A stretch of DNA of 64,000 bases from Podarcis pityusensis. Lineage: Eukaryota. This document shows positions 38,605 to 51,270 of the stretch, in pieces. Where the stretch lies: assembly GCA_964106645.2 (NCBI GenBank), contig OZ067043.1, one strand, 5' to 3'. The translations under genes and the position numbers were made by a program. The notes under the pieces are model-generated. The model saw nothing but the letters and a program-made list of their open reading frames with translations. It had not been told where the DNA came from and did no database searches. How positions within the stretch are numbered: position 1 is the first letter of the stretch; the number at the start of each line of letters is the position of its first letter.

Positions 38605-40458
38605 TGGTATAGGACAACAGTGCTTTACCTTTCAAGTTGTTTTCCCCACCCAACCCCAATGGAGTTCAAGGTTTGTGCTAGCAAGGTAAACACATTCAGT
38701 GAAACAGACAAGATGAAAACGGTGGGGTGGAGTTTGAGGGAAAGGCAGCTAACAAGGGAAGCAACTCAGGCAGGGCATGATTTTTGAGAACTTGGGATCC
38801 AAGGCTGCACCCTGGCTCAAATGAAAACTTGAAGCCATTTTTTTCTGTTTTAGAAGAATAGTTTGCAAAGGCAGATATGGGGAATCCTGACCTTAATTGT
38901 TGAACAGCCCAAATAAGATGCTCCTCTAATCACACATAGGATCTATGTCCTTTGATATGTTATCTCTGGGGAAAGTGCTGCCGCTCCTAGCATTTTACTT
39001 GAGGATAATATCATGTTGAGAAGATCAGTCATCTAAACATAGAAACATTGAAATTAGGTTACCCAGTGCTCATCACACAAGTAGCCATTCTCATAAGCAT
39101 GATTTAGAGGCCCTTACATCTCCAGGGAGGGCATAACCTGAGAATAGTGAATGGGTTCATTTTGCCTCTGAGAATATTTGTGTGTGTCATGGTTCAAAAT
39201 GTGTGGTGTGTGTGTGTGGTGTGTGTGTGCGCGTGCACGTGCATGTTGGTGTGCATTTCTTTCTCATGTACTTTTCCCATGTATTTTGCTTGTGTTGCTG
39301 TGTTTTATTTTGTCCTCTGATGTTAAGCTGCAGCTTATTATTGGCACTGTTCAGGTGTGACTCTTACCCAGCCATCAGTAGATGTGGGAAATCACTGTGT
39401 CTCATGTTTTGATCCATTTATTATGCTTGCTGATAGTTCTTCTTCTTCTAGTTGCTGAGAGCTTTGTCAAGTGAGGCCTGTTCTCCAAAATCTCCAAATT
39501 CATTAGTAAAAGGATTGTTTCCAGTTAATTTAGGCTCTCTTCTTGTCTGCTTCTCATACCCCGTGTATCCTTCTTGGGTTATACCTATATTCACTTTGTC
39601 TACTTTCCTGTATTGCCTGGCTTTCTTTCTTTACTCTCTACCTTTCAGGTCCACCTCAGCAGTGTTGTTTGTAGTACTTTTTTTACCTCTTTAGGAACCT
39701 TCCTCATAGCCTTAGGAGCCTCCAGTTCTGTGCCCTGCTCCCAGGTTTGGAGCAATATGTCAGATGCAAAGAATCCAATTCTCCAGGATTGCTCGCTTGC
39801 CAGTTAGTGTACAGTCAGATTGTCCTCAGAAGATGTATACTCCAATAGCCTTCCTCAGCTTGAGCATCATCAGGTTATTCAAGGAACAAAACAACACTGT
39901 CCTTACTTTTCTTCTTGGTTTCAATAATTTTCATACATCAGATCCTTCCTTCTTGATGCCTGCTCTCCTATTCTCATCTGTTACTTATCCTATTGATCTC
40001 ACATCTGTCTAAGTCTTGTACTTTCTAGTTCTCTCTTCTTTTTAGGCAACCTCTACAGAGGAGGCTAGGGGAGAATTAGCTGTGGGGTCTCAGAGCGGGT
40101 AATCTTCATAAAAGGGGATGGGGAGGGAACAGAAGGAAAATAATAGATCAGGCTCAATTCAAATTAAAGGCCAGGCGGAATAGCATATCTACTTGCCAGA
40201 TGGAATATTATCACTTCTACTCCCCCCCCCCACTGCACCCAGTTCTGGGGGTTCACCCAATCCCCCAGAGTAGTTGGTGGGGTGCACAGGTGAATGAGAG
40301 GGAATAGCCAGATGACTATTCAATTGAATCGGGCCTAGTGGGTTTTGTTCTATGTTTATTGAGGCTCTGTTGGCTGGGTAAGAGCTCCCTGTAAATTATG
40401 TATTTTACCCAATCATTTCCCCTCATCTCCCCACTTGCTTCATTTTATTTATCCCTAG

Positions 40459-40764
40459 CCCCTTCTGCCCCACCCCAAGAGGTCGTGTGTGTAAGCACCA
40501 GCTCCACCTCTATCCGGGTAAGTTGGGTACCACCACCGGCTCAGAGCCGCAATGGAGTCATCACACAGTATTCTGTCGCATACCAAGCGGTGGAAGGAGA
40601 GGACAACAGCAAGCGTGTGGTTGAGGGCATTGGACACGAGCATTCAAGCTGGGAGATCAACAGCCTGGAGAAATGGACAGAGTACAAAGTGTGGGTGAGG
40701 GCTCACACAGACGTGGGTCCTGGGCCAGAGAGCATCCCGGTCTGGGTTCGCACTGATGAAGACG
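40459..40764 (+). CDS. PTPRF: PTPRF exon, FN3 repeat 4, 306 nt: TPSAPPQEVVCVS...LEKWTEYKVWVRAHTDVGPGPESIPVWVRTDED
   Basis: Acceptor atccctag|CC, donor GACG|gtaggt; phase 1-1. Confidence 0.97.
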
Positions 40765-42389
40765 GTAGGTTCCCGACCCATGACTGAAGGTAACAAGGGC
40801 TCTTTTGGGTCCTGCCAAAGGAATAGCATTTGTAGTGCTGTTCTCGGCTCTACAGAAAGGGGGGGGGGGTCTAAATGTAGTCAATAAGAATGATGGGGTT
40901 AATATGTATGAAATATAATCAAAATGCCTGCTTCCTACATGAATCTGTTCCTCTTCTCTATCACATGGGCAAAGCAGCTCTCTATCAAGGACATTCTGAA
41001 GCAAAAATTGCATTGTTATGGCTAGTCTGTCAGATATGTCATGCCAGCTTAAATCTCGTCTGTAGAAAGTGCCAGTCCTTGCACTGTCAGAAGGCACTTC
41101 CCAGGCTGCATCCTTGCCTCAGAGACCAAAAAGGGCACAGAGAGGCAAATAGAAAAAGGGAGCCACTCAGTAAACTGAGAGCAGGCATACTTCAGTTGTA
41201 CCACCCATGCTGTGCTGTTGCTTGCACCACTGCAACCCTGTAAAGCCTTGCATAGCAATGTTCATTGCCTACTTCTGAAGCTTGCTTGCACATCTGTATG
41301 TCCTGCTGCCTGAATTGTTTGCTTCAGTTCTCATTTAGCAAAGCCTTAGCCGGAGGGACACTGCTACCCTAGAAATGTCGCAGCAAGCTCTCTGCATAAG
41401 TTTGAGGTCCGTACAGTTGGCTCTTCCAGCTAAGCTCTCTGTCAGGAGTGGTTTTAAAACCTTCTGATGCACTCATTTTTCATAGGTGGTAGCACAAAAA
41501 GGGGGTGAGAGTGCTTTTTGAATCTTGAAATATTACTGGTAGCTAATATACCCTCCTCATAATTGGGGTGACCTCCATTGACCCAACAATTCAGTCCCTT
41601 GGCAGTTGCTGTTAGCTTAAGACTCTGCCCTTTATCGGCAGGTATAGGTAAGTCTCGTGATTACTGTGCCTTGACAGAACCGTCACAAGCACTTTCCCAG
41701 CCATGTCTAACTGTTGGAGCGGAAGGGGAGTGTTGTCCAGTTACTACACTGCAATGTAGTTTGCTTTCCACTCATTTTTCGGATGAGGAATAACCATCAG
41801 GGAAAGACACCCCATTTTGCAGTTTATGGAGAAAGATGGAATGAGGTCCATGATCCCCTTTCTCATTCACCGATTAGGCTTGCCTCCTCCCCCTGCTAAT
41901 ATATGTATCTTTCCCCTCTGTGCTCCTCTTCAAGTAATTATCTGCAATTAAGAGTGAGATCTGTGGAAACAACCAGTTGCCAGAGGGTGAGCGGCTGCCT
42001 TGCCTGCCTGCCGAGTGTCTGCATAGAACAGTCCTTACAGGTTCCATCCAGTTCTCTGCCCCCAATTAACCTTGTTCTGCACTAGCAAATGGGACACAGT
42101 GTGTTTACAGGGGCTGTGGATTTGCCCTGCAATAACAGAATTCTGGTCTTATTTTTTTCAAGCAAATTCTGAGTAGCAATACAGCAAGGATACTCTCTGG
42201 AAGGAACACTGTTCTCGGAGATGATTCTATAAGCTGAATGGCCAGCCAAGAATATGAGTCTCCTAGGACTGCCTTCCTCCCTCATTACCAGCCTCCCACT
42301 TTAGGCTATAGAGCAGCTGACCTTAGAGCAATTTTAATAAATTTAATAAATTTTCATCAGTGGCAGCATTTGGACACAGTAAATCATTG

Positions 42390-43170
42390 ATTTCAGTCCA
42401 GTTTCAGGCCCAGACTTTACACCAAATAGCACCTTAGTCCCCCTGGTTGATGACATTTGTTGGGAAACAGATGGGGGGAGTGTAACCCTGCTTGTTCTCC
42501 TTGATCTTTTGGTAGCTTTTGATACCTTTGACCGTGGTATTCTTCTGGAGCAACTCCAGGGTTTGGAGGCACTGTATTACAGTAGTTCCACGTCTACCCT
42601 TGGAGCTGTTTCCAAAAAGTAGTTATGTGGTAGCTATTGCTCTGCATCATGGGAGCTCCTGGAAGGAGCAGGCTGGGAGTACTCTTGGATCCAAGATATT
42701 CAGTGGAAGCTCAGGTGGCATTAGTGGCTAGGAAGACCTATTTCCAACTATATCTGGTTTGCCAGCTACAGCCCCTTTTGTGCAGAGATTACTTGGCTAC
42801 TGTACTCTATGCTCTGGGGACTTCCAGATTTGATTATTGCTATGCTGGGCTGCCCTTGAAGACTACTTAGAAACTTCAAATGCAGCAGCCAGATGGGGTT
42901 CCATTTCGAAATCACATAATCCCTGTTTTAAAACAGTTGCCAATTCATTTCCAGGGACAAGGTGCTCATATTAGTGTCTAAGGCCCTAAATGATGGGCCC
43001 CAATTATCTGAAAGACTGATTTCCCTACAGACCATTTCAGGTGCTAAGATCAGCATAGGGGGCCCTCTTGGTAGTTCCACCACTCTCAGAAATTTGGACT
43101 TATTAGTGACCTTGGTGAGAGCCTTCTCCGTGGCTGCCTCTACACTGTGTAATTCCCTTTTCACTAGATT
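42390..43170 (+). mobile_element. Internally deleted L2-like LINE remnant
   Basis: ctgcttgttctccttgatcttttggtagcttttgatacc (LLVLLDLLVAFDT, RT motif), acttccagatttgattattgc (TSRFDYC), gggctgcccttgaagact; same family as 14930-15690. Confidence 0.75.
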
Positions 43171-43583
43171 GTGTCTAGCACTTCCATTGTATAGCTCTCA
43201 TCATGGAATCTAATAAATAATTAAAAATCCCCATAGCCTGGGGTTGTGGTTTGTTTTTTCCATTCACTAATAAGGAGGTATGAAGTGGACGCTCCTGGCA
43301 TATTCATGGTAAATCATTAACTATGTTCCCATTGTGCCTGTAATATGTCCACTCATTGATATGTATGTATTGGGTTGTGTGGGTACTAGTAATCTAGACA
43401 AAGCTTTGCATCTCCTTATGCCATGCCTTGAATAGCAGGACAGCTTAGTCCAGCAGTACAATCATGGATATTTACCATTCACTCTACTGTGAATTCTGCT
43501 TTGTAATCTGGGGAGATGTGTGTTTCCTCCACCCCAGAAGCAATGCTGTTGTCGCTGATGAAATTTTCTCATGTGCCTTCCAG

Positions 43584-43777
43584 TGCCCAGTGCTCCACCT
43601 CGGAAAGTGGAGGTAGAATCAGTGAACTCCACAACCATTCGTGTTACCTGGAAGTCACCTATCTCTAACAAGCAGCATGGCCAGATCCGAGGCTACCAAG
43701 TCATCTGTGTGAAGCTGGAGAATAATGAGCCAGTTGGGTTGCCTATCATGAAAGACGTCATGGTAGCAGAGTCCCAG
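43584..43777 (+). CDS. PTPRF: PTPRF exon, FN3 repeat 5 first half, 194 nt: [12 protein letters not shown]...KDVMVAESQ
   Basis: Acceptor gccttccag|TG, donor CCAG|gtatat; phase 1-0. Confidence 0.96.
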
Positions 43778-45959
43778 GTATATCCTGGTATGAGTGGGAT
43801 GGATGGATGCATGCATGGACAGACAGATAAATAATATATTTTGGAGAAGGGTCTGTATTTGCTTTGTCATGGGCTTTTTCACTTTATATGGTTAGAGAGA
43901 AAGAGAGCTATATTATGGCAAAGAACATGCATTTTCTTTGTTACAGGCTTCCTTACTATAGTTGAGAGCCTAAAACAAATTTTGGGAGAGAATGATGTGG
44001 AAAGGGTTGAGATGGAATGTACTGGGAGTATCAGGGAGCAGGACAAGGCAGACGTTTCTGGGACTTCTACAGTTGCAGTCTAGGTGTGATCATTTGTGAG
44101 CTAGACTGTTTGAATGGCACCCAATAGGACTATTGGAGAGCTATGTTGACTAATTAATATATCTCATTAATACAACACTTGATTCATTTGCATCTTTCTC
44201 AGCAGGGAGTAAAGCACAGCCAACCCCCCAACACACATACAACCACTACCCACCCCACATACAACCCAAACCCACCCCAACAAGGAGTGAGGGGGGGGAA
44301 TAAAGTGAGACAAAGACCTGCTAGCTCAAGACTTCACTGCTCAGCTTAGACCATCATGATTCCTACAGACTTTGTCGAATTTTTGTATTTGTGAAGCAGC
44401 CCAATGCCTCTTCCAATTTCCTCAAAGTTGTCCTTTAGGCTGGTGAAATTAATCATCAACTTGCTGCAGTATTCTTTTGGTCTTTGGGGTTAAAGATTTG
44501 GTCCCAAGTAAACTATGCTGTTAATCCTCTCTAAATGAAATAACTTGATTGCATTTGCTTTTTGAACTGGGGGGAGGGGTTCCTCTGTTAGAGAGAAAAT
44601 GAACCTTCCTGGGCATTAAGAACAGATTTCACCACTGTTCTTTTAGAACACTAAGTTTGCAAGTGCATGTTCCATGGTCTCCTGTCCTTCATGGGGAAAC
44701 ATTAGTGTTTCCCCATATGGCAGAGATCAGAGGCTAGCTAATGTCCCTTCACACCTGTCCTTTGAAAGGTAGAAATGCAATATAGTAGTCTGCTGCCATA
44801 TCTTGCTGAGTTCCTAGATTCTTCCTATCCTACTTCCCTTCCAGGGTAAATTTATATAGAAAGGGGTTCCATAGGTTCAGTTGACCTTGCTGAAGGTGGG
44901 AACTGAGACCTTATGATGGGGAAACATTTCCTTGTGCCCCCTCCATACCTCTTTTGTTCCCTACCTATGGCTACAGTGCTAAGTGCTTTTATCATGCACA
45001 TTTTATTGACTCTGATATTCCTCAGCCATGTGACTGGGAGCGAGTCCCAACAGAGTTAAGAACCAATTATGTAATATTTCTGAGCCTGGCAGGTTAGACT
45101 GCCACCTCATTCCACTCCACCACTGTCTTCCACGTGGACCTTGGAGACAGAGGCAGGGAATCTTCAGACCACCTGGGAGGTTTGCTTGCCAGGCTGCTTT
45201 GGGTAAAGAATGCCCTTTCCCACTCCTCCCCTTTCCCCTTCAACAGCCCACCCATCCGTCATATTAGTTGAAACCAGGAGGACTGCCTTACCATATACAC
45301 ACTTTCCTGCTTCCTGGAATTACCTAACACAAAAGCCAAATAGGCCATATAAACCTGCTGTCTCTTAGCTTAGCTACACAGTCTGAGTAACTCATTGCTC
45401 AGATGCAGACCAAGTTGGATTTGACTGTTCCTCCTTCCCTGCTTGCCTCTAGCCCTGGCATTGCTTCATTCTGATTTACTTCCTGATGCCATGCTTCATT
45501 TATTTCTTATGTGATCATCCAGTTTCCGGCTGAGATACTTCACAGTATTTTGTAGAGCTCATGCCTTAGGCCGATCCTGGCTCAGTTCATCCTTGGATTG
45601 GATCTGGGCTGTTTTCACACCTTGTACTTTGATACTGTGTGGTATCAAATAAGGCATCTAACGGTAGAGTCTCTTCTCAGACTGTCTGATTTGCAGCCAC
45701 AGGCTTCCTTCCTTATGGAAATGTTCACACATAGAGGCATAGAGACAAAGACTATATAGATGGAACAAATAAACTTGGTCAGTTTATTCAGATGACTATA
45801 GGAAAATGAAGCTAATGTCTGCCATTTCTTACAATCCCATACATACTTAGGATTATGTATTAAAATTACATATGGGAGCTTTCAGGAAGCAATAATCAAT
45901 TTAGAGAACAAGATTTCCTAGCCCTCGTATATGTAGTTAAGGAGAAATATGAATGTGTA

Positions 45960-46310
45960 AAGGTAAAGGGACCCCTGACCATTAGGTCCAGTCGTGGCCG
46001 ACTCTGGGGTTGCGGCGCTCATCTCGCTTTACTGGCCGAGGGAGCCGGCGTACAGCTTCCGGGTCATGTGGCCAGCATGACTAAGCCGCTTCTGGCAAAC
46101 CAGAGCAGCACACGGAAACGTCGTTTACCTTCCCGCCGGAGCGGTACCTATTTATCTACTTGCACTTTGACGTGCTTTCAAACTGCTAGGTTGGCAGGAG
46201 CTGGGACCGAGCAACGGGAGCTCACCCCGTCACGGGGATTCGAACTGCCGACCTTCTGATCAGCAAGTCCTAGGCTCTGTGGTTTAACCCACAGCGCCAC
46301 CTGCGTTCCC
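45960..46310 (-). mobile_element. Full-length Sauria SINE (lacertid type) with an 11-bp target-site duplication
   Basis: Minus strand begins GGGAACGCAGGTGGCGCTGTGGGTTAAACC (A box), has a GTTCGAATCC B box and ends in an (ACCTTT)n tail; ATGAATGTGTA flanks both sides (45949-45959, 46311-46321); CpG-rich. Confidence 0.93.
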
Positions 46311-46555
46311 ATGAATGTGTAGGAAGCATCTGAAATTTACCCATCAATTAGAAAAGGGTGGATTTGTCTTCCAGTACTTAGAGTTACTGTTTTGAAGTCA
46401 GGTTACACCCTCCTCCCTATTCTGTTTAGCATCTCACAATTAATTTAAACCACAAGAATAATCTAGGTACAATAATTTGGTACAAAATTCATTTGGGTGT
46501 TACTATGTCTTTAGATCCTTAGGTCGCTGATTCGTTTTCAGTTCGAAGGACCAAA

Positions 46556-46676
46556 GGGACGTGGGTGGCGCTGTGGGTTAAACCACAGAGCCTAGGACTT
46601 GCCGATCAGAAGGTTGGCGTTTCGAATCCCCACGACGGGGTGAGCTCCCGTTGCTCGGTCCCTGCTCCTGCCCACC
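46556..46676 (+). mobile_element. 5' (tRNA-related) fragment of a second Sauria SINE, opposite orientation
   Basis: gggacgtgggtggcgctgtgggttaaaccacagagcctaggact...; roughly 90% identical by eye to the reverse complement of 46189-46310. Confidence 0.9.
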
Positions 46677-46770
46677 AACAGGATGCTGGTCTAGATGGGC
46701 CATGTTAAAAAGTTGCAAGCCTTCAGAATAGAATAAGAGCATAGGCAGCAGTCTTATACTTATATCACAT

Positions 46771-46923
46771 CCACACTGTATGTTTAAAGCACATGGTGTC
46801 TCTCCCCCCGCCCCAAAAAAAAGAATTATGGGAACTGTAGTTTGAATTTTTGCTCTATGAGGGATAAACTACAATTGCCAGAATTCTTTGGCGGAAGCCC
46901 TGTGCTTTAAATGCATGTTGTGG
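46771..46923. mobile_element. Palindromic MITE-like element
   Basis: ccacac...tttaaagcaca / tgtgctttaaa...tgtgg ends, with an internal aagaattatgggaactgtagttt / aaactacaattgccagaattctt inverted pair. Confidence 0.6.
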
Positions 46924-48089
46924 ATGAGTCAAATCCAGGGGTCCATCTAGCTCAGCAGTCTCTGACAGCAGCTTGAGATAGCACAAGCATATAAATATGT
47001 CTTTAGAACTAGCCATCTCCACACCAAAGAACAAGAAGAATAGCAACCTCTCCTCTGAGACGAGGATTCTGTAAGCACTTAAGTTGGCTTTATTAGCAAA
47101 ATCCACATGATATCCATTGGTAAAAAACAAAAAAAAACCCGACACCTGAAGTGAAGAATTATTGTGCATTCAGCAGGCGTGTGTATGTGCTTCTAGGGCA
47201 AATCTTCACTACAATGACAGTTCACACGCAGGGGAAATAAATGTCAGGGTAGGGCTAGTCCAAGTAATCCATATCACAGCTCTCCCCCCCAGAAGTGCAG
47301 ACATGGTCAGAGAGACAGTGGTTATAGAGAGTCATGATGAAGACTAAAATGAAATGCTGTAAGGGCATTGCAGCCAGCATAAATACCAGCTGCCAGTGTT
47401 AGCTCTGCTTGTATTGGTTCTGGTGCTCCCAAGCAGTGGCAGCAGCTGAATCTTTTTTATTAAGGCCACTGCCTTCCTAAAACCCATTTATCTTACTCAG
47501 CAACGCTAAATACTTAAGAAGCAATTGGGCTGGTTTAGCAGAGAAATGTTTTTATCTGCAGGTGACTGTTTCATAAATTCAGACATTTGGCTGGAGCAGA
47601 TTTCAGAGAGATGCTCCTTCTGTGGAGGTTCCTCTGATCTGTGAGGAGATTAGAGTCTGGTGAAGATGTCAGGGTAAACACTACATTTAAATAAACTGCT
47701 AAGATTGAATGGGTGCCACCAGGATGCTGGTCTGCTTCACATATTTCTGCTTTGCTCTTCAGGGAAATTGTGGAGTTCTCCTGCAGTTTGGAGCATTTTG
47801 CTCATTTGCACAGTCTGCTTTCACGGTCTGCTTATTGATATTGGCTTGGATGTCATATTTTCAATACATTTTATATATGCAAAATCTATCATCATTCTGT
47901 TATAATGATCATTGTTATCATTATCACCTCACTTTTCAGGAAACATTAGATGTTGCTTACAAAAATAAGTAGTAAAATAAAATACAATCTAAAAGAAATA
48001 CATAAAATATTAAAAATAGCAGGAATAAAACATAGGAATTAAACAACAGCAGTCCATAAAGGCTCTAGAAGAAACAGATATTTCTTCCT

Positions 48090-48400
48090 TTATTTAAACA
48101 ATTTATACCCCATTTTTAAGCTTCACAAAGGGCCCCCGGACATAATAAAAAATACAAGCACTGATGAATAATAAAACAGAATATAGAACAGCAAGGATAA
48201 AAACCCTCAAATCAAGCTAAAAGCTTGGTGAAGCAAAAAAAAAAATTATGTAACTCTCGAAAACTCCATTAAGGCTTCTTGGGGAAGGAATTGTACAGCT
48301 TGGGCACCACAACCAAGAAGCCACTGTCCCATGTCCCAGTCAGTTGAATGTCCCCAAAGAGCAGGATATGGAGCAGGGCCTTGAATGAAGAATGTAGTGG
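48090..48400 (-). mobile_element. L2-like LINE 3' fragment
   Basis: atttataccccattttt...A-rich stretch...ggaaggaattgtacagcttgggcaccacaaccaagaagcc resembles a reversed L2 terminus. Confidence 0.5.
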
Positions 48401-48973
48401 GCTGGCAGCCATTAGAAACAAAATATTGTGTGTGTATTTTTCCTTTTTCAATAAAAGCTTAAAACGCTCGGAAGGCAGAAATCTCTTTCTAGTACCAAAT
48501 TCTGTACAACTTCAAAGCATGAGGGAAATCAATCGAATGCACACAGGCTTGGATGTAGTCTACTGCTTTTGTTTATAATATTTCTAACCCACTCTTCATC
48601 ACAATGGATCCCAGAGTGGGGTGAAAACAAACATTCATATTGATAGAATACTTCTGAGCAGGCAGCTGAGAAATGTAATTATTAATTAGCTTGAGAGAAA
48701 GCAAGTTTAATACAGATAGAGGAGCTCACATTCTGATATACACAGAGCAAGTTAAGGCACCAATCTCACCTGCAGATGGCTGAGCAAGAAACCAGCCTTT
48801 GATGTAGCACACTGTAACCTCATAAGTTGCAACATTCTTGAGCAGTGAACAGCTGTGCATATTTTCATGTTCGTGTGAACAGACAGGATAGACGTTCATA
48901 TCATTGTCTTGAATAATTGTGCCATTTTGTGTCTCATTCATCCTAGGAGAATGGCTTCTCCTTTGCACTGTTA

Positions 48974-49156
<183 letters not shown>

Positions 49157-51243
49157 TCAGTGTGTGTTCTTCCCTATCTCCTCCTTTCTTTTATTAATTC
49201 TCCATCCTCTGAATCCCCCTTTGCATAGGTGTTGCCTAAGCATTTATAAAACATGGTTTGATTGTATTACTTTACTTGGGCCTGCGCCCCTGCTCTCACG
49301 GCTTGCCAGCCTTGTCTACATGTCACCCCTCCAAATCCCCAGCCCTTTTCCACTTTACACCTCAACCGCGCAAACCTCACCCAAAGCCTCTCCCCTTTAC
49401 ACTTCACCACTGGTAGGGTGAAATGAAGTAAATGAAGAGGAGAAAGTCTTTTCTCACCTTAGCACTCCCGCCCTGCTGCAAGTTTCCTTTTAATTGTCCC
49501 ACCACTGTCACTCAGAGAGAGAAAAAGAAATTGCATTTTAAAATGCAGGCTTTTTCTCTCCTTCCCGCAGCAACAGCCTCCCAGCAGAACAGCAGGCAGG
49601 CAAGAGGGGAAGGCAGACCAGGCAAGCAGAATGGGTGGCCCAAGTGAGCCGCACAGCAGCAGAAAGGTCAGTGTTGGACATTTGGCTCTGCTTCTGCTTC
49701 CTGCCTCATTGTCCTCCAATGCTGGACCAAAACTGTGGTTGCTGGGGAACTGCCCTGCCCTGCCTTGGCTGTTTCTCTGTGACTTGCCTGTCCACAACCC
49801 ACACCACTTGCCTGGACCACCTGCCACCCGTGTCACTCACCTGCCTGTCTGGGCTGCCTGCCTGCTGTTCCGTCATCACTCTGCAGTTGGTCACACCAAC
49901 TGCAGTGTGACAACATTATTACAATCTTAATACATACCAAGAAAAACTGAAGTTCAATAAAACACAATGACACACATTTTAAAAATGCCATTGTTGGGAA
50001 TGGAAGTGGGCAGTGATTGAGATAGTGGCAGTACATTTTGTGAACTGGAGGAAGCAGAATTGAGGGGAGGGGGAGTTTCCAAAGCAGGGCTGTGGACATG
50101 TACAGACCTGTGGCTCTCTTGATTACTTCTATGGGACATCATGTCTTTGCAGCAGTTACAGGTATTTCATCCTACAACAGCTTTTGCTGCTGGCTGGTGC
50201 CTTAGTAGCCGTGGATCTCACTTGTTTTGAAGAGCTTGCTTCTGGGTTTTGCTGCCAGTGAAAACATATGTGTCGCTGCCAAACTCATTTGCTACAGAGC
50301 AAGTTGCAGCAAAGAGCTCCTCTGTCCAGACAGTTCAGTAGTATGAGATCACTTGCCTGCCTGGGGTGGGGTTGATGCGGATCCTTGTGAGCCTTCCTTC
50401 AGAACCCGAGCATGTTGCTTTGGAAGGCAAAGAGATGAGTAAATGAGACGTGCACCATAAATCTGCTTGCTTTGTAAGATGCACTTTAGGTAAATGCACT
50501 CTTTGCAAGAATTTAAGTAACTCTGCTTGATGCAAGAAACTTAGAAATTGATTACACTGATGATCATGCTGCTTCTCTGGCTGGTTTTTGAGGAAGCTTA
50601 TCTCAGTACACAGCTATTGCTTATCTTAACAGGGAGGGTTACAGGAGTCTGAGAATTATGGTTGAAAGGGTTCAGCTGGTGGAAGGGGGGGAGGGCAAGT
50701 ATTGCCCTGAAGCTTTGGTAGGTCATTTTTCCTGATTTGGTTTGAGTCTCCTGGCTTGTGCTGTCTCATCAGAGGCTCTGGAGCCCAGCCACAGCATTTC
50801 ACGAAGACATTTCTATGTCCTATTTCCACTAGGATCATTCACTACAGGAGGAACATACTATTTTCACATGTGTTTCTCCTTGTTACTGTTAATTCCTTTA
50901 TTGCTAACAGTAGCAATATGTTGTTTCTAAAGCTGGTGTCCAGAGCTAGCATATGTACCTACATAATGTAACATATCAAACTCCCAGGTTAGTGTGTATA
51001 GGATTGCAGCCTTAGATAGTCTGCAGTTTGAAGAGGGGGGTTGTTTCTGTAGTTCTCGGGGGGGGGCGGAGAGAAAGAGAGCTACAATTCTTTGTGTGAG
51101 AGAGGTGTTTGTGGAAGAAAGCAGTAGATACACTTGGGGGTCCAGATAGTGCCAAATCTTGTGTGTGTGCTTGCATGTGTTAATAATCCATAGTTTGTCA
51201 TCACAGTTCCCTTACTCTTTCCTCCTTCCTGTCCCCCCATCAG

Positions 51244-51270
51244 TTAAGGTTTAAGGACGCTATTGACCAC
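51244..51270 (+). CDS. PTPRF: Mini-exon C (LASE-c position), 27 nt, adds LRFKDAIDH within FN3 repeat 5
   Basis: Long pyrimidine tract ...ccccccatcag|TTAAGGTTTAAGGACGCTATTGACCAC|gtaagt; 27 nt, phase 0-0, no stop; in the intron where LAR-family genes carry the 9-aa meC. Confidence 0.85.

Noticed and set aside
39430-40050. Pyrimidine-skewed block suggesting a minus-strand transposon ORF
   Set aside because: No recognisable motif and multiple stops; cannot be assigned without a repeat search.
46556-46640. tRNA-like A and B boxes
   Set aside because: They are the tRNA-derived head of a Sauria SINE, not a tRNA gene.
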